DNA of 64,000 nt from Monocercomonoides exilis PA203 (GCA_001643675.2 LSRY02000005.1:1240001-1304000), one strand, 5' to 3'. Shown: positions 1 through 13,996, counted from the stretch's first letter. Translations and numbers: made by a program. The notes: generated by a model from the letters alone, not told the origin.

Positions 1-953
1 AATCGACTTCTCCAGTTGGTCAAAACAGAGCTGCTTTGCCTTCCTCAAATCGAATCGTTACAAAAGAGCAGGTGGACAAAGCAGCAGCGAAGCAGGTTTC
101 TGTGTCGTCGTTGGCCTTTCCATCTCCATTTGCACACAATCTGCAGGTTGCACAGCCAACAAGATCGAAGACTCGCTCGACGGCTGTTCCATCGTATCTG
201 ATGAAACTCATGTCGTCCCACTCTCTTGACAATGCACAACTAGAGCATGCCAAAAATGGGAATTTGCAGGCTCAGTTAGGAAAGAAGCAAAGTCCTGTGA
301 AATTGAATACAAACATGCCTGGGCCAGCTTCTCTGGTGCCGTCTCCAGGGACTCATCAAAAGGCGTCTTTTCCACTTCCGCCTCCTTCTAATAAAGCTTC
401 TTCATCTCCAGCAGCAATATACAGTTCTTCAGCAAAGCCTTCTGTTTCTTCTTCATCAGCCGCTCCTGTTAAGCCATCTCCGTCAAAACAAGCAGACAAT
501 CTTGAGAAACAAAAAGTGCCTTCACATAGCTCAACTCCAAACAAACAGCAAACAGCAGATGCTCAAAAATCAGACTCACAAAGTGTCTCGCAGTCACCTT
601 CTACGCCTCAAAGGCAATCTTCAACAGAAGCAGCATTGACATCAACTGTTTCACAGCTTTCCACTCCAACAAGCACAAAATCTCCATATCAGAAACGCCA
701 GAATACACGTTTCAAGCTTCTTTCTCTTCTTCACCAACATTTATCTCTTTCCAACATATCACATGCTGTTATGTATTTGCCGCCTTCTATCTCAGAAGCA
801 ATCATTTCTTCGTTTGTCAAGCAAGAGCCAAGCTATTTATCTTCCTCCTCAACAAGTGCACTCCTCAATCACAACCCTGCCCTTTGGTCGTTGAGTCCAT
901 TATTGCCGCAGCATCTTATTGAAGCAGTTGGACGCATTCAACAGAGAAATTAG
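1..953 (+). CDS. 3' part of a Ser/Pro/Gln-rich protein of unknown function (runs off the window start)
   Basis: Frame is open from position 3 to TAG at 951-953 with coding-like composition, followed by an abrupt AT-rich stretch. No recognisable domain. Confidence 0.6.
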   Translation, partial: STSPVGQNRAALPSSNRIVTKEQVDKAAAKQVSVSSLAFPSPFAHNLQVAQPTRSKTRSTAVPSYLMKLMSSHSLDNAQLEHAKNGNLQAQLGKKQSPVKLNTNMPGPASLVPSPGTHQKASFPLPPPSNKASSSPAAIYSSSAKPSVSSSSAAPVKPSPSKQADNLEKQKVPSHSSTPNKQQTADAQKSDSQSVSQSPSTPQRQSSTEAALTSTVSQLSTPTSTKSPYQKRQNTRFKLLSLLHQHLSLSNISHAVMYLPPSISEAIISSFVKQEPSYLSSSSTSALLNHNPALWSLSPLLPQHLIEAVGRIQQRN

Positions 954-1434
954 ACATTTTTATCAGTTTTAAATCTTTCTTTACAAAATTGAAAATATAT
1001 CTTTTTTGAAAGAGAATATTCTTTAAAAATGTGAAGTTATTGATTTGTTGTTTTTTATTAAAAAATCATGATTTTATATTTTATTTATTGTTTCAGACAG
1101 CTGTTTGAAAGTTAAGTTTCATTTCTTTTTTGATTAATTATTTGTTTTCAATGCTGATGAATTTATGAATATGATCATAAAACTTCAGGAATGATTTTCT
1201 TATCGAAAAATTGCTTGAAGTGCTTTGTTAAGTATTCATCATCTAATATTGTTCAATATACTGGTTCTTTTATAAGAAAATTTGCAATGTATTTTTTTGA
1301 GCAAAGCGAAAAATATTAGAAAAAACTGAAAATTGCGATTTAAACTTTTGAATCCAAAGCTTTTCTTAAAAAGAAAAATGAATATGAGCAATTTTTGAAA
1401 TTTCTATCGAAAATAAATATGAAGACATTTTATA

Positions 1435-4400
1435 ATGGGACAGATCATTTTAATTATTGTTCACTTCGAGCTTTTCTTTTCTTTCAAGGGTGAGCTTGAT
1501 TTAAAAATCATTATGAACTTGACACTCGAAATTTTTGCGTGCATGCTTACTATTTTTAACGCAAACGAAATCCTGTACAACGAAATATTTGTATTAAATA
1601 CAAAAATTGCGCTCCAATCACCGGAGCAAAAGAATTGTTGTTATGCGTTAGCAAACTGCCAGAGCTGTATAATTCAACCAACGATAGTAACTCTAAACTG
1701 TTCTATGAAAATTACAAACGTGTTTCATTTTCCTTTTGATAATAAGGATTTCTTTTTTGGTTTGTGAGGAGTCAAGGCTTGATGTTGCAGGATGCATGTT
1801 TTTTGTTTCATCACAAATGAGCCCATTTGTGGTGGATGGAGGAAACATTAATTCAGTGAATATGACGATTGGAAGTTTGAAGCCATTTGCACCAATTCAG
1901 CGACTTTATTGCTCATCTTTCATAAAGTCTGAGAGAGATGGAATAGATTCGATCACTCTTCGTGATTCGTCATTTTCATCATTTGAATTAGCATCTGCTC
2001 TGTTTCTTGCACCGAATGCGAGCTGCTTTGTGAAAGTCTCTGGTCTGATGATGGGAAACATTTCTATTGCTTCCGATGCGCAAAGAGAAATGGATTTGAG
2101 AGCAAGAACAGAAACAACGATTGAGGGCTGCTCGTTTTTCAGAGTTTGGGACGTTATTGATGGGGGCATTGCGAGGTCAGTGAACAGCCCATGTTCCTCA
2201 CTGAGAGCAACAAACTCCTCATTTGAGCGCTCTGCGAGAACGACGAATGTTCACGAATCAGGTGAACGCAACATGACAAGACAAGTACTGGGAGCGGATG
2301 AAACAAATGTTTTCACAGATTGTGAATGGTGCAACACAAGCGCTTCGTATGGATGTGCTATTTATTTATTTGGAAATTCAACTTTTGAATGCACAAAATG
2401 CACTTTTAAAAATTTGAGTCATCACGGCGATGGAGCCGTTGATGTTCAAGCAGGAGCAGGTGTGAAAATGATAAATTGTAATTTCACAAATTGTATAGCA
2501 GATACAAATACAGGTGGGATGATTCTTTATATGTTTAACGGAGACTATTGTTTTTTCGAATGTATTTTTTGTGATTGCAGAGCTATTTCCAGCTATGCAG
2601 GGGGATTACGCATTCATCAGCCTTCCGGGATCTCTATTGAAACAATTTGTAAATATAAATTTATTCGCGATGAAGCAGGATCATATTGTGGGGGATTATT
2701 CATGGAGAGACAATCAAACCAATATTTAATCTCAGAATGTGAATTTAAAGAGAATACGGCAAACGGAACGAAAGCGGGTATGTATGAAGGTGGAGGAGGG
2801 GGAACGCTTTTAAAGACTATGAATTTGATGGAAATTGATTCATCTCCAAAATTGATATCATTTTGCTTCTTCAGTGCAAACAAGGCTGAAAATGAAGAAG
2901 GACATGATATTAAAGTTCTAAATGAATATCTTAAAGGTTCACCATTTGAGTCATCATTCTCAACAACATCAGCAAAAAGAGTATTTTACAATGACAGCCA
3001 AACAGGTTACGATACATGGCTTCCAACTATCAAAACAACATATGCCAGAGCAAATGGAATTACAGGGCCAATCTGTGGGACAGCACAGACCAGTCCATGC
3101 AACACAATTAAGCAGGCATATGAAATGATTGAGAAAGGAGCAGAGGGAACAGTGAACATTCTTCAATCAACCTTATCTTCAATGGCTCTATTCATTGGAG
3201 GGGGAGATATTTCATTCAAAGGCGAAAGTGAGAGCGAGTGTATCATTTCCACAAAATTCCTGAATTCTCATGAGTGTTTGTTCACATTGGATTCGGGATC
3301 GATGGGATTGCTTTTGGTGACGATTCGTCACAACAGCGAAGAATCTTCGTCTTCGTTGTTTGTGATACGAACAGAAGCACAGAATCTGACACTGAAGAAT
3401 GTGATTATATCAGGGGCAGAAGATGGGCGGACACACTCATTTGATGTTTCACTGTTCAAAGTGATATTTGAGAAAACGAAGATGGAAAACTGTTTGATTG
3501 AGGACATTGGACTGGGAGATTGCTCATTGTTTGAGGAAGAGGAGGATAGTGGAGTTGGGAGAGGGATGCTGGGAAATGTTACGATCCAAAGGATCAGCCG
3601 GATGAGAGGAAATGGGGCGATATTCAGCACTCAAAATGAAAGAAGTGATTCATGGGAGCTGGAGAATACCACATTCAGGAATTGCGTGAGCAAGGAAGGG
3701 AATGGAGGGAGCATTGATTGGAGAATCGATGAAAGTGGAACATTCAAGATTGGCAGAGGAGAGGTGACAACGGTGATTGGGGAGTGTGGGGCAGAGAAGG
3801 GAAGAGGAGAGGAGAAGGGGAGAGGAGGAGGGGTGTATTTGGAGCTTTCATCACCAACAACTGTGTTTGAGATTGTGAATGTGGGATTTGAAGACAATCG
3901 TGCAGAGCATGGGGTAAATGTGTCTTTTGCATCGCCTCAGCTGGAATCGATTCCTAAAGGAAGATATGGATTTGTTTCGCTTTTGAGCGAGGATGTGCAT
4001 GAAGTGGAGGGAGTTGGAGATACAAGCAATGTGACGCTGGTGATTCCGATTGTGTGCTATCTCCTGGATGTTCCGAGGAGTGAGATCTGTGTTTCAGCTT
4101 CGGGAGCTGATCATCCTCGCTGTGGACACACATTTTTCGAGTGCCGAACACTGAACTGCCCGATCGAAAGGGAAGAGAACACACCAGCAGATGGAACAAC
4201 AACAGCGACAATCAAAGTTGGAAATGGAGTTGAGGTTGGCTCGACAGTGATCTTTTCGAAAATGGCAAGGATGATTGAAGGAACAAGGGATGATGGATCA
4301 CTTGTTGTTGAAAATGAGGCAGCTTGGAAAGGTGATGAGGAAGGATGCATTGGAGTGTTTGTGATGCTGAAGGAAACAAGGATGAGGAAGATTGAGCTGG

Positions 4401-7400
4401 TGATTCCATCTGTTCTCGAACATCATGAGGCAATATTCCAGTTGAAAGGAGAAACACTGAACTTGAGTGAATGTGTTGTTGAAGTTGGAGTTGGAACTGG
4501 AGTGAATTTTGTGGAATACAGTTTGATTGTTGTGGAAAAGGGAGAGGCGAATGTGACTTCACTGAGATTGGATTCAATGAGGTTTGGAAAGCCTGTGATA
4601 AAAGCGAATAGTGGGTTGTCATCTGTCTCGTTGAAGAATGTGGAGCTGAATGATATGACCTTTGAAGGAGAAACAGGATTTGTTGTTTGTGAGGGAGGAA
4701 GCACACTCACTGCAGAAAGTGTGATTATCAGCGTGTGTGAAATGGGAGGAAGCAGTATGATTTGTGCAGGGAACAATTGTATTGTTCGAATGAAGGAGTG
4801 CTCGTGGAGTTCATGTAATTTTGTTGATTCAGGGGTGATGAAAGGCAGTAAAGCAAAGGAGATATCGATTTGGGGATGCAATGGGAGCAATATCAGAGTC
4901 AGAGAAGGAGATGGAGGTATTGTGTGTGGAGTAGTTGGTGAAGGAGGGATAGTGGATGTGCAGAACACAAGCGTTGAGGGATGTGTGGCAGGGAGAGGGA
5001 ATGGAGGAGGAATGTGTGTTGCAGCTGAAGAAAACGCGTTTGTTATTGTAAATGGCGGGTTAATGAAGGAGTGTAATGCAGAGGAAGTAAATGTTGGGAA
5101 AGGAGGATGGCTGTGCCTGAATTGCAGCGAAAGGAGAGGAGTGATGTCATTCAAGTTTGAAGGAGTGAAGTTTGCAGGAAATGAGGCATTTATGGGAATG
5201 AACATGTTCATTTTGGATTCAGATCTGAATGTGACAATGAGGAGTGAGACATTTGCGATTGATGTTGAAGGGATGGAAGACGATCCGAATCTGTTTGTTG
5301 GATGTGATGAGAAGCGGATAAACACAGAACTGTTGCGATTTGTGATTGAATACAGGAGCGAGAGGATTGTGGTGTGGGAAAAGGGGGATGATGTTGTTCG
5401 ATGTGGGAGCGAAGAGGATCCGTGTGAGACACTGGAGATGGGGATGAGGCACATTGAGAGAGGGGGGGAAAGAAAAGTGGTGTTCGTGAAGGAAAAGATA
5501 AGAGTGGAGGGGGAACATGATTTGAGTGGGTTTGATGTGGAATCAGTGGGAGCAGGATGTGATGAGAAGGAATATGGAACAGTTGTGATGGGGAGTGATG
5601 GAGAAAGTGGAGCAAAAGTGTGTCTTCGCAACAGTGGAGCATTCACTCTGAGAGCACTGGAGATGTGTGTGATGAATGTTTTGGGAAGTGAAGAATTAGG
5701 GGTGGTTGTGAGTGAGGGAGGGAAAGTTGAATGGGAAGACTGCTCAATCTCATGGAAGGGAAAGAGAGAAAGGATAGGAGATGTAGCATTTTGTGTTGTG
5801 AAGAAAGGGGAACTGGAGATGAAGAGGTTCAAAGTTCTTTCGTATTTAGGGAAGAGAAATGTGTTTGTGGTAAGTGGAGAAGTTGTGAGTGTGATTGATG
5901 AATTCACAGTTATTGAAGCGAAATTGGAGGGTGGGAATTTGTTTGAAATTGAAGGAGAGAGAGTAAATGGAGGAGGTGAGATGATGATGAAGAATTGCAG
6001 TATTGGATCGGTTGAAGGGAAAGGAGTTGATCCTTGTGTTGTTTCTAGCAAGAGTGGAAGTGGAGTGAAGCTTGTTGTTGAAGATTCGCTGATTGAAGTG
6101 TGCAATTGCGGGAGAAGCATAAAGGGGGGTGCGATGCTGTTTGAGTTGAATGAAGGAGGATTGTTCCATGTTGTGAACACGAGTGTGAAGCAGTGTGGAT
6201 GCTCTGTGAGCGAAGGGAAAGGAGGCGGGGTATATCTTTGTGCAACATTAATGGGAGAGCTGGATTATGTGTTTGATAGGGTATTATTAAGAAGGAACAT
6301 TGCAAGCGTCGGGAATGATGTGTTCATTGTGTGTGACTGCATAGAGAGACAGATCAACGAAACACAGTTCAACATCGACTTCCGTGATGTGGAGTTCATC
6401 AGGCAGAATGCGATCTATGGGATGGATGCGGGAGAGCACAATGAGCAGGTGATTGACCTGATGAGCCTGATTGTGAAATACCAGTCAGACACGATCGTGG
6501 TGTCAAACAAAGAGGGGAAAGGGGGAAGCAATGAGCAGCAGTGTGGGAAGCCCTTGTTGCCATGTGCAACGATTGGATTTGGGCTGAGACATCTGACACA
6601 TGATTTTTTCAGTCAGATGTTTGTTGATGAGGAATCTGTGATAGAAGAGGAAATTGGATTGGACACACTTACACTGAGTGGGATGCATGAAGTACAGAGT
6701 CGAGTGGTTGTGAAAGGGAGGATGAATTGCAGCAAAGAAAAGATTGTGGAGACGACTGGGCAGGTGTATGTGCGATAAATACAATTTGTATTTGAAGAAG
6801 TGGAATCCACACTAACTCCATTTCCAACAACGCATTCTTCATTCATGAAGATATTTTCTGGAAAGACATCGATCAGTATGTGTTCATTTGAGGGAGTGAG
6901 CTCGGTTGAGAGGGAAATTGTGGAAGTGCCATTCTGTCTGATATTTGCGGAAAGAGGGAAATGCTCAATGGGGAATGTGAGTGTTATGTGGCTTTCATTT
7001 TTGAGTGAAGCAGCCATGATTGTGGAAGAGGATACTGAAGTGAATGGGTTAACACTCAGAAATATTGAGGCAAACAAAGACTGCATGAAGATCTGTGGAG
7101 TTGCAAATGTGAAGATGGAAAAAGGATGGATGGGAAGGGCGAATGGCGATGAAGCAGAAATGAAGAACAGAAAGGAAAATGAATTTTCATTTTCAATTCT
7201 GTCATCTTCATTTGAGAACATCACATGTGTGGATGAGAGTGCAGGAGTGGTTAATGTTGAAGAGATGGAAGGAAATGTGGAGTTTTCGAACTGTTCATTT
7301 GGTGGGTGTTCATCGAGAAGAAAGAAAGGGAAGATGATATCTCTTTTTATGTGCAGAAGTATTCAGATGAAACAGTGTTTGTTTGATGGAAAGGAAGAAA

Positions 7401-9370
7401 GAAAAAGGGAATTGAACGAGGAAGTGGATGTGTGCAAATGGAATGGGTCAGTTGTTGAGGCGAAGGAGAGCACAGCAGAGATAAAGGATACGAGTTTTGT
7501 GAACAGCTTTGATGGAAGTCTTTCTATTGGTGGAGGAAATGTGGAGATTGAAGATGGCAAGTTTGAGAATAATAATCCGTCAATTGAAGGATATCCATCG
7601 CTGAGAAGAAATATCATCTGTTCAGATTCAGGAACATTGAATGTGATGAGTTTGAAGGGAGGAGATGGAGCTTTGCCAAACACTTCACTTTGGATCTTGA
7701 ATGAGGGATGTGCTTTTGAAGGGATTGTTTCAGAGAGGGATTCATCATTTTTCATTCCTGTGCTGGAAAGTGTGGAAGCAAAAGAAGAGACAGACAGAAT
7801 GAAGCTGACATTTAAAGGGATGCTTCTTGTGCCATGCAATCTGTCATTTTCAATTGTGAAGAGGAAGGGAGAAGAGAAAGAGATTGAAAAACATGATTTT
7901 GATTCGAATTGGTTTTTATCTGAAAGAGAAGCAGAAGGGAGCGTGGCAAAAGATCTTATCAGCAATTGCGGGAATGAAATTGAAGTGAGTGTTTCTGTTT
8001 TGTTTGGGAATTCAAATGCTCCTTCGTCAATAGATTCATTCATTCTGAAGAATGCAAATGAACCTCAAACAAGTGGAGATGAAAGGATCACAGAAGGAGG
8101 AAAAGAAAAGTCAATATGGCCAATAATTGTTATTGTAATGGGGATTGTTCTTTTTGTTGTCATTGCTGTTTCAATAATTGTTACAATCCGATGGAGAAAG
8201 CAAAAGAGAAGAACTGAAGAACTGGAGATAATTGTGGAAGACACAGTAAAGAAAGATCCGAAGGCATTTGAGATGGTGACGATGGAGATGTCACCAGAGG
8301 CGCAGTGGAGGAGAGCAGAAAGAGAGGCAGAGAAGAAGAATGAAAAGAGGATGAAGAAGAGAATATATGATACGAACATGCAGCACTCTGAGTCATCGGA
8401 GCATCTTCTCTCCGAGAGTGGCTCAACTGAATATATATTGGGAAGAGATTCAGACAAAATTCCTGATTGGGCATTAGAGAAGGATGAAGAAGAAGAGAAT
8501 CAAAAGAGAACACCATCACCATCCATCTCATCCACTTCAACAACCGATTCAGATTCGACATTTGTTCGATCAGAGAGTTTGTGCCCAACCACCTCTTCTA
8601 TGTCAAACCTTGTGGATGCAATGGCCTGTTCGTCTCCTCATGAAAAGCTGATTGTGGATCTGAGGGATTCGCTGTTTATGCTGCTTCATGGGAGGAACGA
8701 GAAGAAAGAGATGGCGATTGGCACTCTGCAGGAGCGGGAGGTGACAGCTGCTCAAGTTCTGTTCTGGGTGGCAAATGGAGCTCTTCATTCATTTGATGAA
8801 ATGGAAAATCCTCTTTCTTCACTTGCCAATCTCAGTCCTCACATTGTGTTGTTCTCTGAGCATATGGTCATCTGCATTGTGATGCACTCCGACTGTTCTT
8901 CTGATGATTCTGATTCATCATCCATCTCTTCATCGACAGTTGTGACATCTGCAAGTGATGATGATGATGAAAGTGACTCTTTGCCTTCATCTGCTTTTGA
9001 GGATGAAGATAGCTTCAAAAAAGAGTGTCTGAGGTGGAAGGCACCAGAGCTGTTGATGAACAAGAACAAGGAAGCAACAAAGGAGTCAGTGGCGTTCTCG
9101 ATTGGGATGATGCTGTGGGAGTGCTTGACCCTTCAAATCCCGTTTGGCGATTATGAGGCAGAGGTGGCTGGGCAGAAGATTGTGAATGGGGAGAGGCCGA
9201 GTGTGGATGGTGTGATGGAGTCGGATCTTGCAGAAGCAGCTGAGGGGTGCTGGGCAGGGGAAAGCGAAGCCAGGCCTAGTGTTGTTGAGCTGAAGAGGAT
9301 GTTCATTCAGCACTTCCCGAAAGAGGCAGTCGTTATGACGGTGTCAGATGCGATCGACTTTGCAACGTGA
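1435..9370 (+). pseudogene. Disrupted giant surface receptor: beta-helix/PMP-like Cys-rich ectodomain + TM + TKL-type pseudokinase C-lobe
   Basis: ORFs 1435-1767, 1736-6778 and 6800-9370 are collinear with the paralog at 14123. There is an apparent +1 frameshift near the T-run at ~1749-1758 and an in-frame TAA at 6776-6778. Motifs: GGxxY/FxxN and CGxxxxPCxT repeats, TM IWPIIVIVMGIVLFVVIAVSIIVTI, and RWKAPE...FSIGMMLWECLT..IPF kinase subdomains VIII-IX. Confidence 0.7.
8059..8697 (+). repeat. ~639-bp tract apparently identical to 20977-21615 (TM + juxtamembrane region)
   Basis: Direct comparison at a constant offset of 12918. Antisense ORFs 8065-8457/20983-21375 and 8181-8588/21099-21506 translate identically. 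Confidence 0.9.
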
Positions 9371-9779
9371 AGCAGTGGAGTGGGATGGGAGGTGGCTGCC
9401 TGGAAAGAGAATGTGGGCGATGTGGAGAAGAGTTTGTTGGGGAACTGCAAATTGGGGAAATGAAAATTGAAATTGAAGAGTTGTCCTGGCTGAAGGAGTT
9501 TGTGTGGGAAATCGATAAAATGAATTAGTCTGTATTAGAAAATGTATTGTGCGTGGTTTGAGTATCGCCAATACTTGTAAATCAAATGTTTGTATCTTTA
9601 TATTGACTTTTTTTTTATTCATGCATTTATATGTGACATTTTTTGATGTTAGAAAACAATTTTAACGTGTAAAGATATATCATTAGTTTTCTGTAGCATA
9701 ATGAGGATATTATTTTTATCTGAGCACGTGTTTATGTTGTTTCAGTAGCACTTTGAAATTATGAGAATAATTGCGTGTA

Positions 9780-10740
9780 GGGTCATATTTTTATTAGTAC
9801 CTATTTTTTTTATTGGTACCTAAAATTTTCTGGTTTTTTAAGCATTTGCAAATAAAGAAAAATAAACAGAAACCTTTAAAACTCCATTATTTACTATTTC
9901 CGAGAATATTTTTCACTTTCACCATTTTGCTAAAAAGATCTTGAAATTTTTATTTTACAAACGCGATCAAAGACATGCTCGTATTTCCACGAGCTTTTGA
10001 ATTTGATAGTTTTTCTTGTTGATGTTGTTATTAAACTTTTCTTTTTTATATTTTTGATTAATTTAAAACAACGAGAACTCTTTTTTTTCTATGGATTTCA
10101 CACCTCACAATTTTTGAATAAAACTGAAATATAAACATAGCCAATATTATTTACACCTTTTTCTTATGTTCAAATAATGCTCAATTGAATGTTCCAAATA
10201 TGCGATGTGGAAAAAATATTTAACAAAAAACAATTGGCACACAAAATGAAAAAGTTTATATTTTGATTTTCGTGTAAAACTCGTCAAACACAAATATTTG
10301 TATGTTATAACTTAATTATATGATAATATACTAAATAGTGCATTATTTGAACATAAGAAAAAGGTGTAAATAATATTGGCTATGTTTATATTTCAGTTTT
10401 ATTCAAAAATTGTGAGGTGTGAAATCCATAGAAAAAAAAGAGTTCTCGTTGTTTTAAATTAATCAAAAATATAAAAAAGAAAAGTTTAATAACAACATCA
10501 ACAAGAAAAACTATCAAATTCAAAAGCTCGTGGAAATACGAGCATGTCTTTGATCGCGTTTGTAAAATAAAAATTTCAAGATCTTTTTAGCAAAATGGTG
10601 AAAGTGAAAAATATTCTCGGAAATAGTAAATAATGGAGTTTTAAAGGTTTCTGTTTATTTTTCTTTATTTGCAAATGCTTAAAAAACCAGAAAATTTTAG
10701 GTACCAATAAAAAAAATAGGTACTAATAAAAATATGACCC
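9780..10740. mobile_element. Foldback/MITE-like non-autonomous DNA transposon with 401-bp terminal inverted repeats
   Basis: 9780-10180 is the reverse complement of 10340-10740 (GGGTCATATTTTTATTAGTACC...GGTACTAATAAAAATATGACCC), with a 159-bp spacer, TA on both sides and no coding capacity. Confidence 0.85.
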
Positions 10741-10966
10741 TATTTTGGTAGGTATTTATTCATTATTTTTTCTTTTGTCACCAGGTTTATTTATATGTAT
10801 GATTGTATGTGTGTCGTTTATTTATGTATTTTTAATTCAATTAGCTATGTCACAATTTATTTTCAACGATATAAATATTGGGCAAATTTTTTGTATTTAT
10901 GATAAAACAACGATTTGTTCCAAACTTTTTCTGCTTTCATTTCAAATAAGTCTAACATTCCCATGC

Positions 10967-11079
<113 letters not shown>

Positions 11080-11460
11080 GAGAAAAAAATTGTCAAAAAA
11101 TTGAGTGAAATAAAATTATTAAACCAAAATTTTTCGTCTTTTACCTCTTTTCTGAGTTCCATTACTAAAAAATCATCAAATGGCTTACGATCACATGCTT
11201 GGATAATTGAGGAATTAAGAAAAATTATTCGCAGTTGCCTGATATTGTTTTCAATGAGGAAAAAACTGTACTCCTGCAAATAATATAAAGCCGGAAGAAT
11301 ATCTTGAAGTTAGATTAACTTTTCAAAATTGTTTAATTCGAATACATTTTAATCTGTGATTCAAAACACGCAATTGTTCAATCTTTTTTGATAAATAACA
11401 AATAAAGCATAAAAAGAAAAAAAATGAGAAGTGAAAGACAATAAGATAAATTTATTCAGA

Positions 11461-13996
11461 TCAGAGCTCTTCTTTTTCTTCTTTTTGTCTCTCTTTTTTG
11501 TCTGTTTTCTTCTTCTCTTCTTCTTCTTTCATCTTCTTTTGTCTCCTCTCCTCTCTCAAACGAGCCTCTTCCTGCTCTTCCTGTTCCTCACTCTCAACAA
11601 TATCATCTTCTTTCTTTTCTTCTTCCTCATCATCATCTTCTTCTTCTCCCTCTGTTTCCTTTGCACTCTCTTTCTTCTCTGGTTCGTCATCCACATCTTT
11701 TGCTTGCTCCTTTGCCAGATGCTCATCTGATTTGACTGGGGCATTTGGCAGTCCTGTCATTCTTGTCAGTACATCATACACATTTGCTGCATATGCATTG
11801 GAATCTCCAATAATATAGCCTGACTCAAACACAGCTGTGTCATACAGCAGAAGTGCCATCGTCTCCAGCTTCTTCCGATTGCCTTCAAGTTCTTCATCTG
11901 CTGCATCTCTCTCTTCCAGTTCCTCATCAAAGTCTGGCCCATCAATGCCCTGCGCCTCAACCTGCTGCACAGCAACATTCATTCTCTTGATCAAATTGTT
12001 CGTCGGGTTAATCTCCAACACTTTGCGCGATTCATGCACATAAAAACGTGGATCGGCTCTGTTTTGTGCTCTGGTGTATCTTTCCATATTGGCCGAAGCT
12101 GATCCTTCAACATGCGCCAGCACACACGGTGTCCGTGCATCAGCAGCCAGACGAGTTGAAACTTCAACTCTTTCAACCTTCTCTCCAAGTGCTTCCTTGA
12201 AGAAGTTCACAAGAGGCTTAAATCTCTTCTTCCACTGCTTCAATTTCTCGCGCTCAAATTCAGACTCAGTTGTCAGCGCTTTCTTCTCCACCTGTGTCAC
12301 ACAAATGAACAACTTCTTGTCGTATTCTTTCATCTCCCGCACAACCATCTCATCAACTGGATCTGACAGAAACAGCACTTCCAATCCTCTTTTCTTGTAC
12401 GGAATCAAAAATGGTGACTGTTGGATGTTCGAGGTCGCAGGATCGCCTGCAATGTAGAAGAAATCGCTCTGCCCAGGGCGCATTCTTTCCAAATAGTCAT
12501 CCAACGAAATTGGTGTCTTCTCTGATTTTGTCGTATTGAAGCGAAGCAGACGTGCCAAACGTCGTCTGTTTGGAATGTCTTCCATCACGCCCATCTTCAG
12601 GAACCTGTGGTATGTCCGATAGAACTTCTCGTACGATGGGTCTCCCTCGCTTTCTGCTTTCTCTGCCATCTCAGATATCATCTGGATAATCTTCCGAACA
12701 ACTTTTTTTCCTATCTGCCGAAGCGTCTTTGACTCCTGCAGTGTCTCTCGAGACACATTCAGCTGAAGATCATCAGAATCCACAAGACCACGAACAAACG
12801 CTAAGTATCGTGGTATAAACGCATCAAATTCTTCGGTAATCAGCACACGGTGCACATACAACTTCACTGCACTGTTTTTCGCATTGTCAGAAGTGTCAAC
12901 TGGCGGCATGTCTTCTGGGATGTATAAAATTGACCTGAATCCAACATCCCCCTCAGCGCTGAAATGTGTCCACGTCAGAGGATTGCCTGTGTAATCTCGT
13001 GTCAGAGAACGGAAAAATTCCACATAATCAGATTCAGACACTGTCTTTGGGTCTCTCAGCCATATGGCTTTTCTCGGGTTGACGTGAACAAAATCATAAA
13101 CTTTTCCTTCTTCCGTTGTGTATGATGTCTCTCCGCGAGGCTTTTCTTCGTCTTCATCTTCCTCTTCCTCTTCCTCCTGCTTGGCAGCTCGCTTCTGAGC
13201 TTCAGGATCGTTCATATCTCTTTCCATTCGCACATATATCGGGAAATCAACAAACTCAGAATAATGCAAAGCAAGTTCCTTAATTTTCTTTGCATCTGAA
13301 TATGTCTCATCACGAAGATGAAGAACAACCTTTGTTCCACGGAATAAATCTGTTCCGCTTGTATCCGGATAAACTTCAAAAGATTGTGCATTGTCTGAAA
13401 CCCAAACGTGCTGTTTGTCTCCTTTTCTCTTTGAGGTCACAACAACTTTGTCAGCAACCAAAAACGATGAATAAAAACCGACACCAAATTGTCCAATAAG
13501 ATCAACAGCCGAAGTGCCGTTTTCAACTCCATCCAGAAAACGTTGAGTACCTGAATGCGCAATTGTTCCAAGGTTCTGTATTAATTCTGTTTCGTTCATT
13601 CCAATTCCACGATCAACAACAGCGATTGTGTTTTCTTCTGGGTCTGGAATAATGCGAATGTCAAGTTTGGCGTTATCGCCTTCTCCAAGAATGTCCTTGT
13701 CCGTGAGCGCTTGGAATCGCACTTTGTTCAGAGCATCAGCAGCATTCGAGATCAGCTCTCGCAGGAAAATATCCTTGTTCGAATACAATGAGTTTATAAG
13801 AATCTTCATCATTTTCGAAACATCTGTCGTGAATTCGTAGTTTGCTGCGCTTGCTGCTTCGTTTTTTGTTTCTCTAAAATCAAGTAACATTGAATGCAAA
13901 TATTGAAATATAAATAAAGAAATAAAACGCATTATCAAACTCAGCTCCGAGCAGCGAGACCAGAACAACAGATGCTATCAAATACACGTTCAACAT
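11461..13996 (-). CDS. HSP90B1: ER Hsp90 (endoplasmin/GRP94); exons 13996-13929 and 13873-11461, ~826 aa
   Basis: YSNKDIFLRELISNA, NLGTIAHSGT, IGQFGVGFYSSFLVA and LQLNVSRETLQ motifs. A 55-nt GT-AG intron joins a signal-peptide exon (MLNVYLIASVVLVSLLGA) in frame. The C-terminus is the ER-retention signal KEEL rather than MEEVD. Confidence 0.95.

Noticed and set aside
1722-1746. 25-nt GT-AG mini-intron that would repair the frameshift
   Set aside because: Much shorter than the other introns delimited in the window (about 54 nt and up). A single-base indel in the T-run is simpler, though the intron cannot be fully excluded.
4423-6180. 585-aa antisense ORF and many other antisense or overlapping ORFs
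   Set aside because: Shadows of biased codon usage in real genes, with no independent motifs.
6776-6778. TAA reassigned to Gln (as in the oxymonad Streblomastix or ciliates)
   Set aside because: Multi-kb ORFs contain no other in-frame TAA/TAG, Gln is encoded by CAA/CAG, and genes end in TAG (953, 63091) and TAA (25393).
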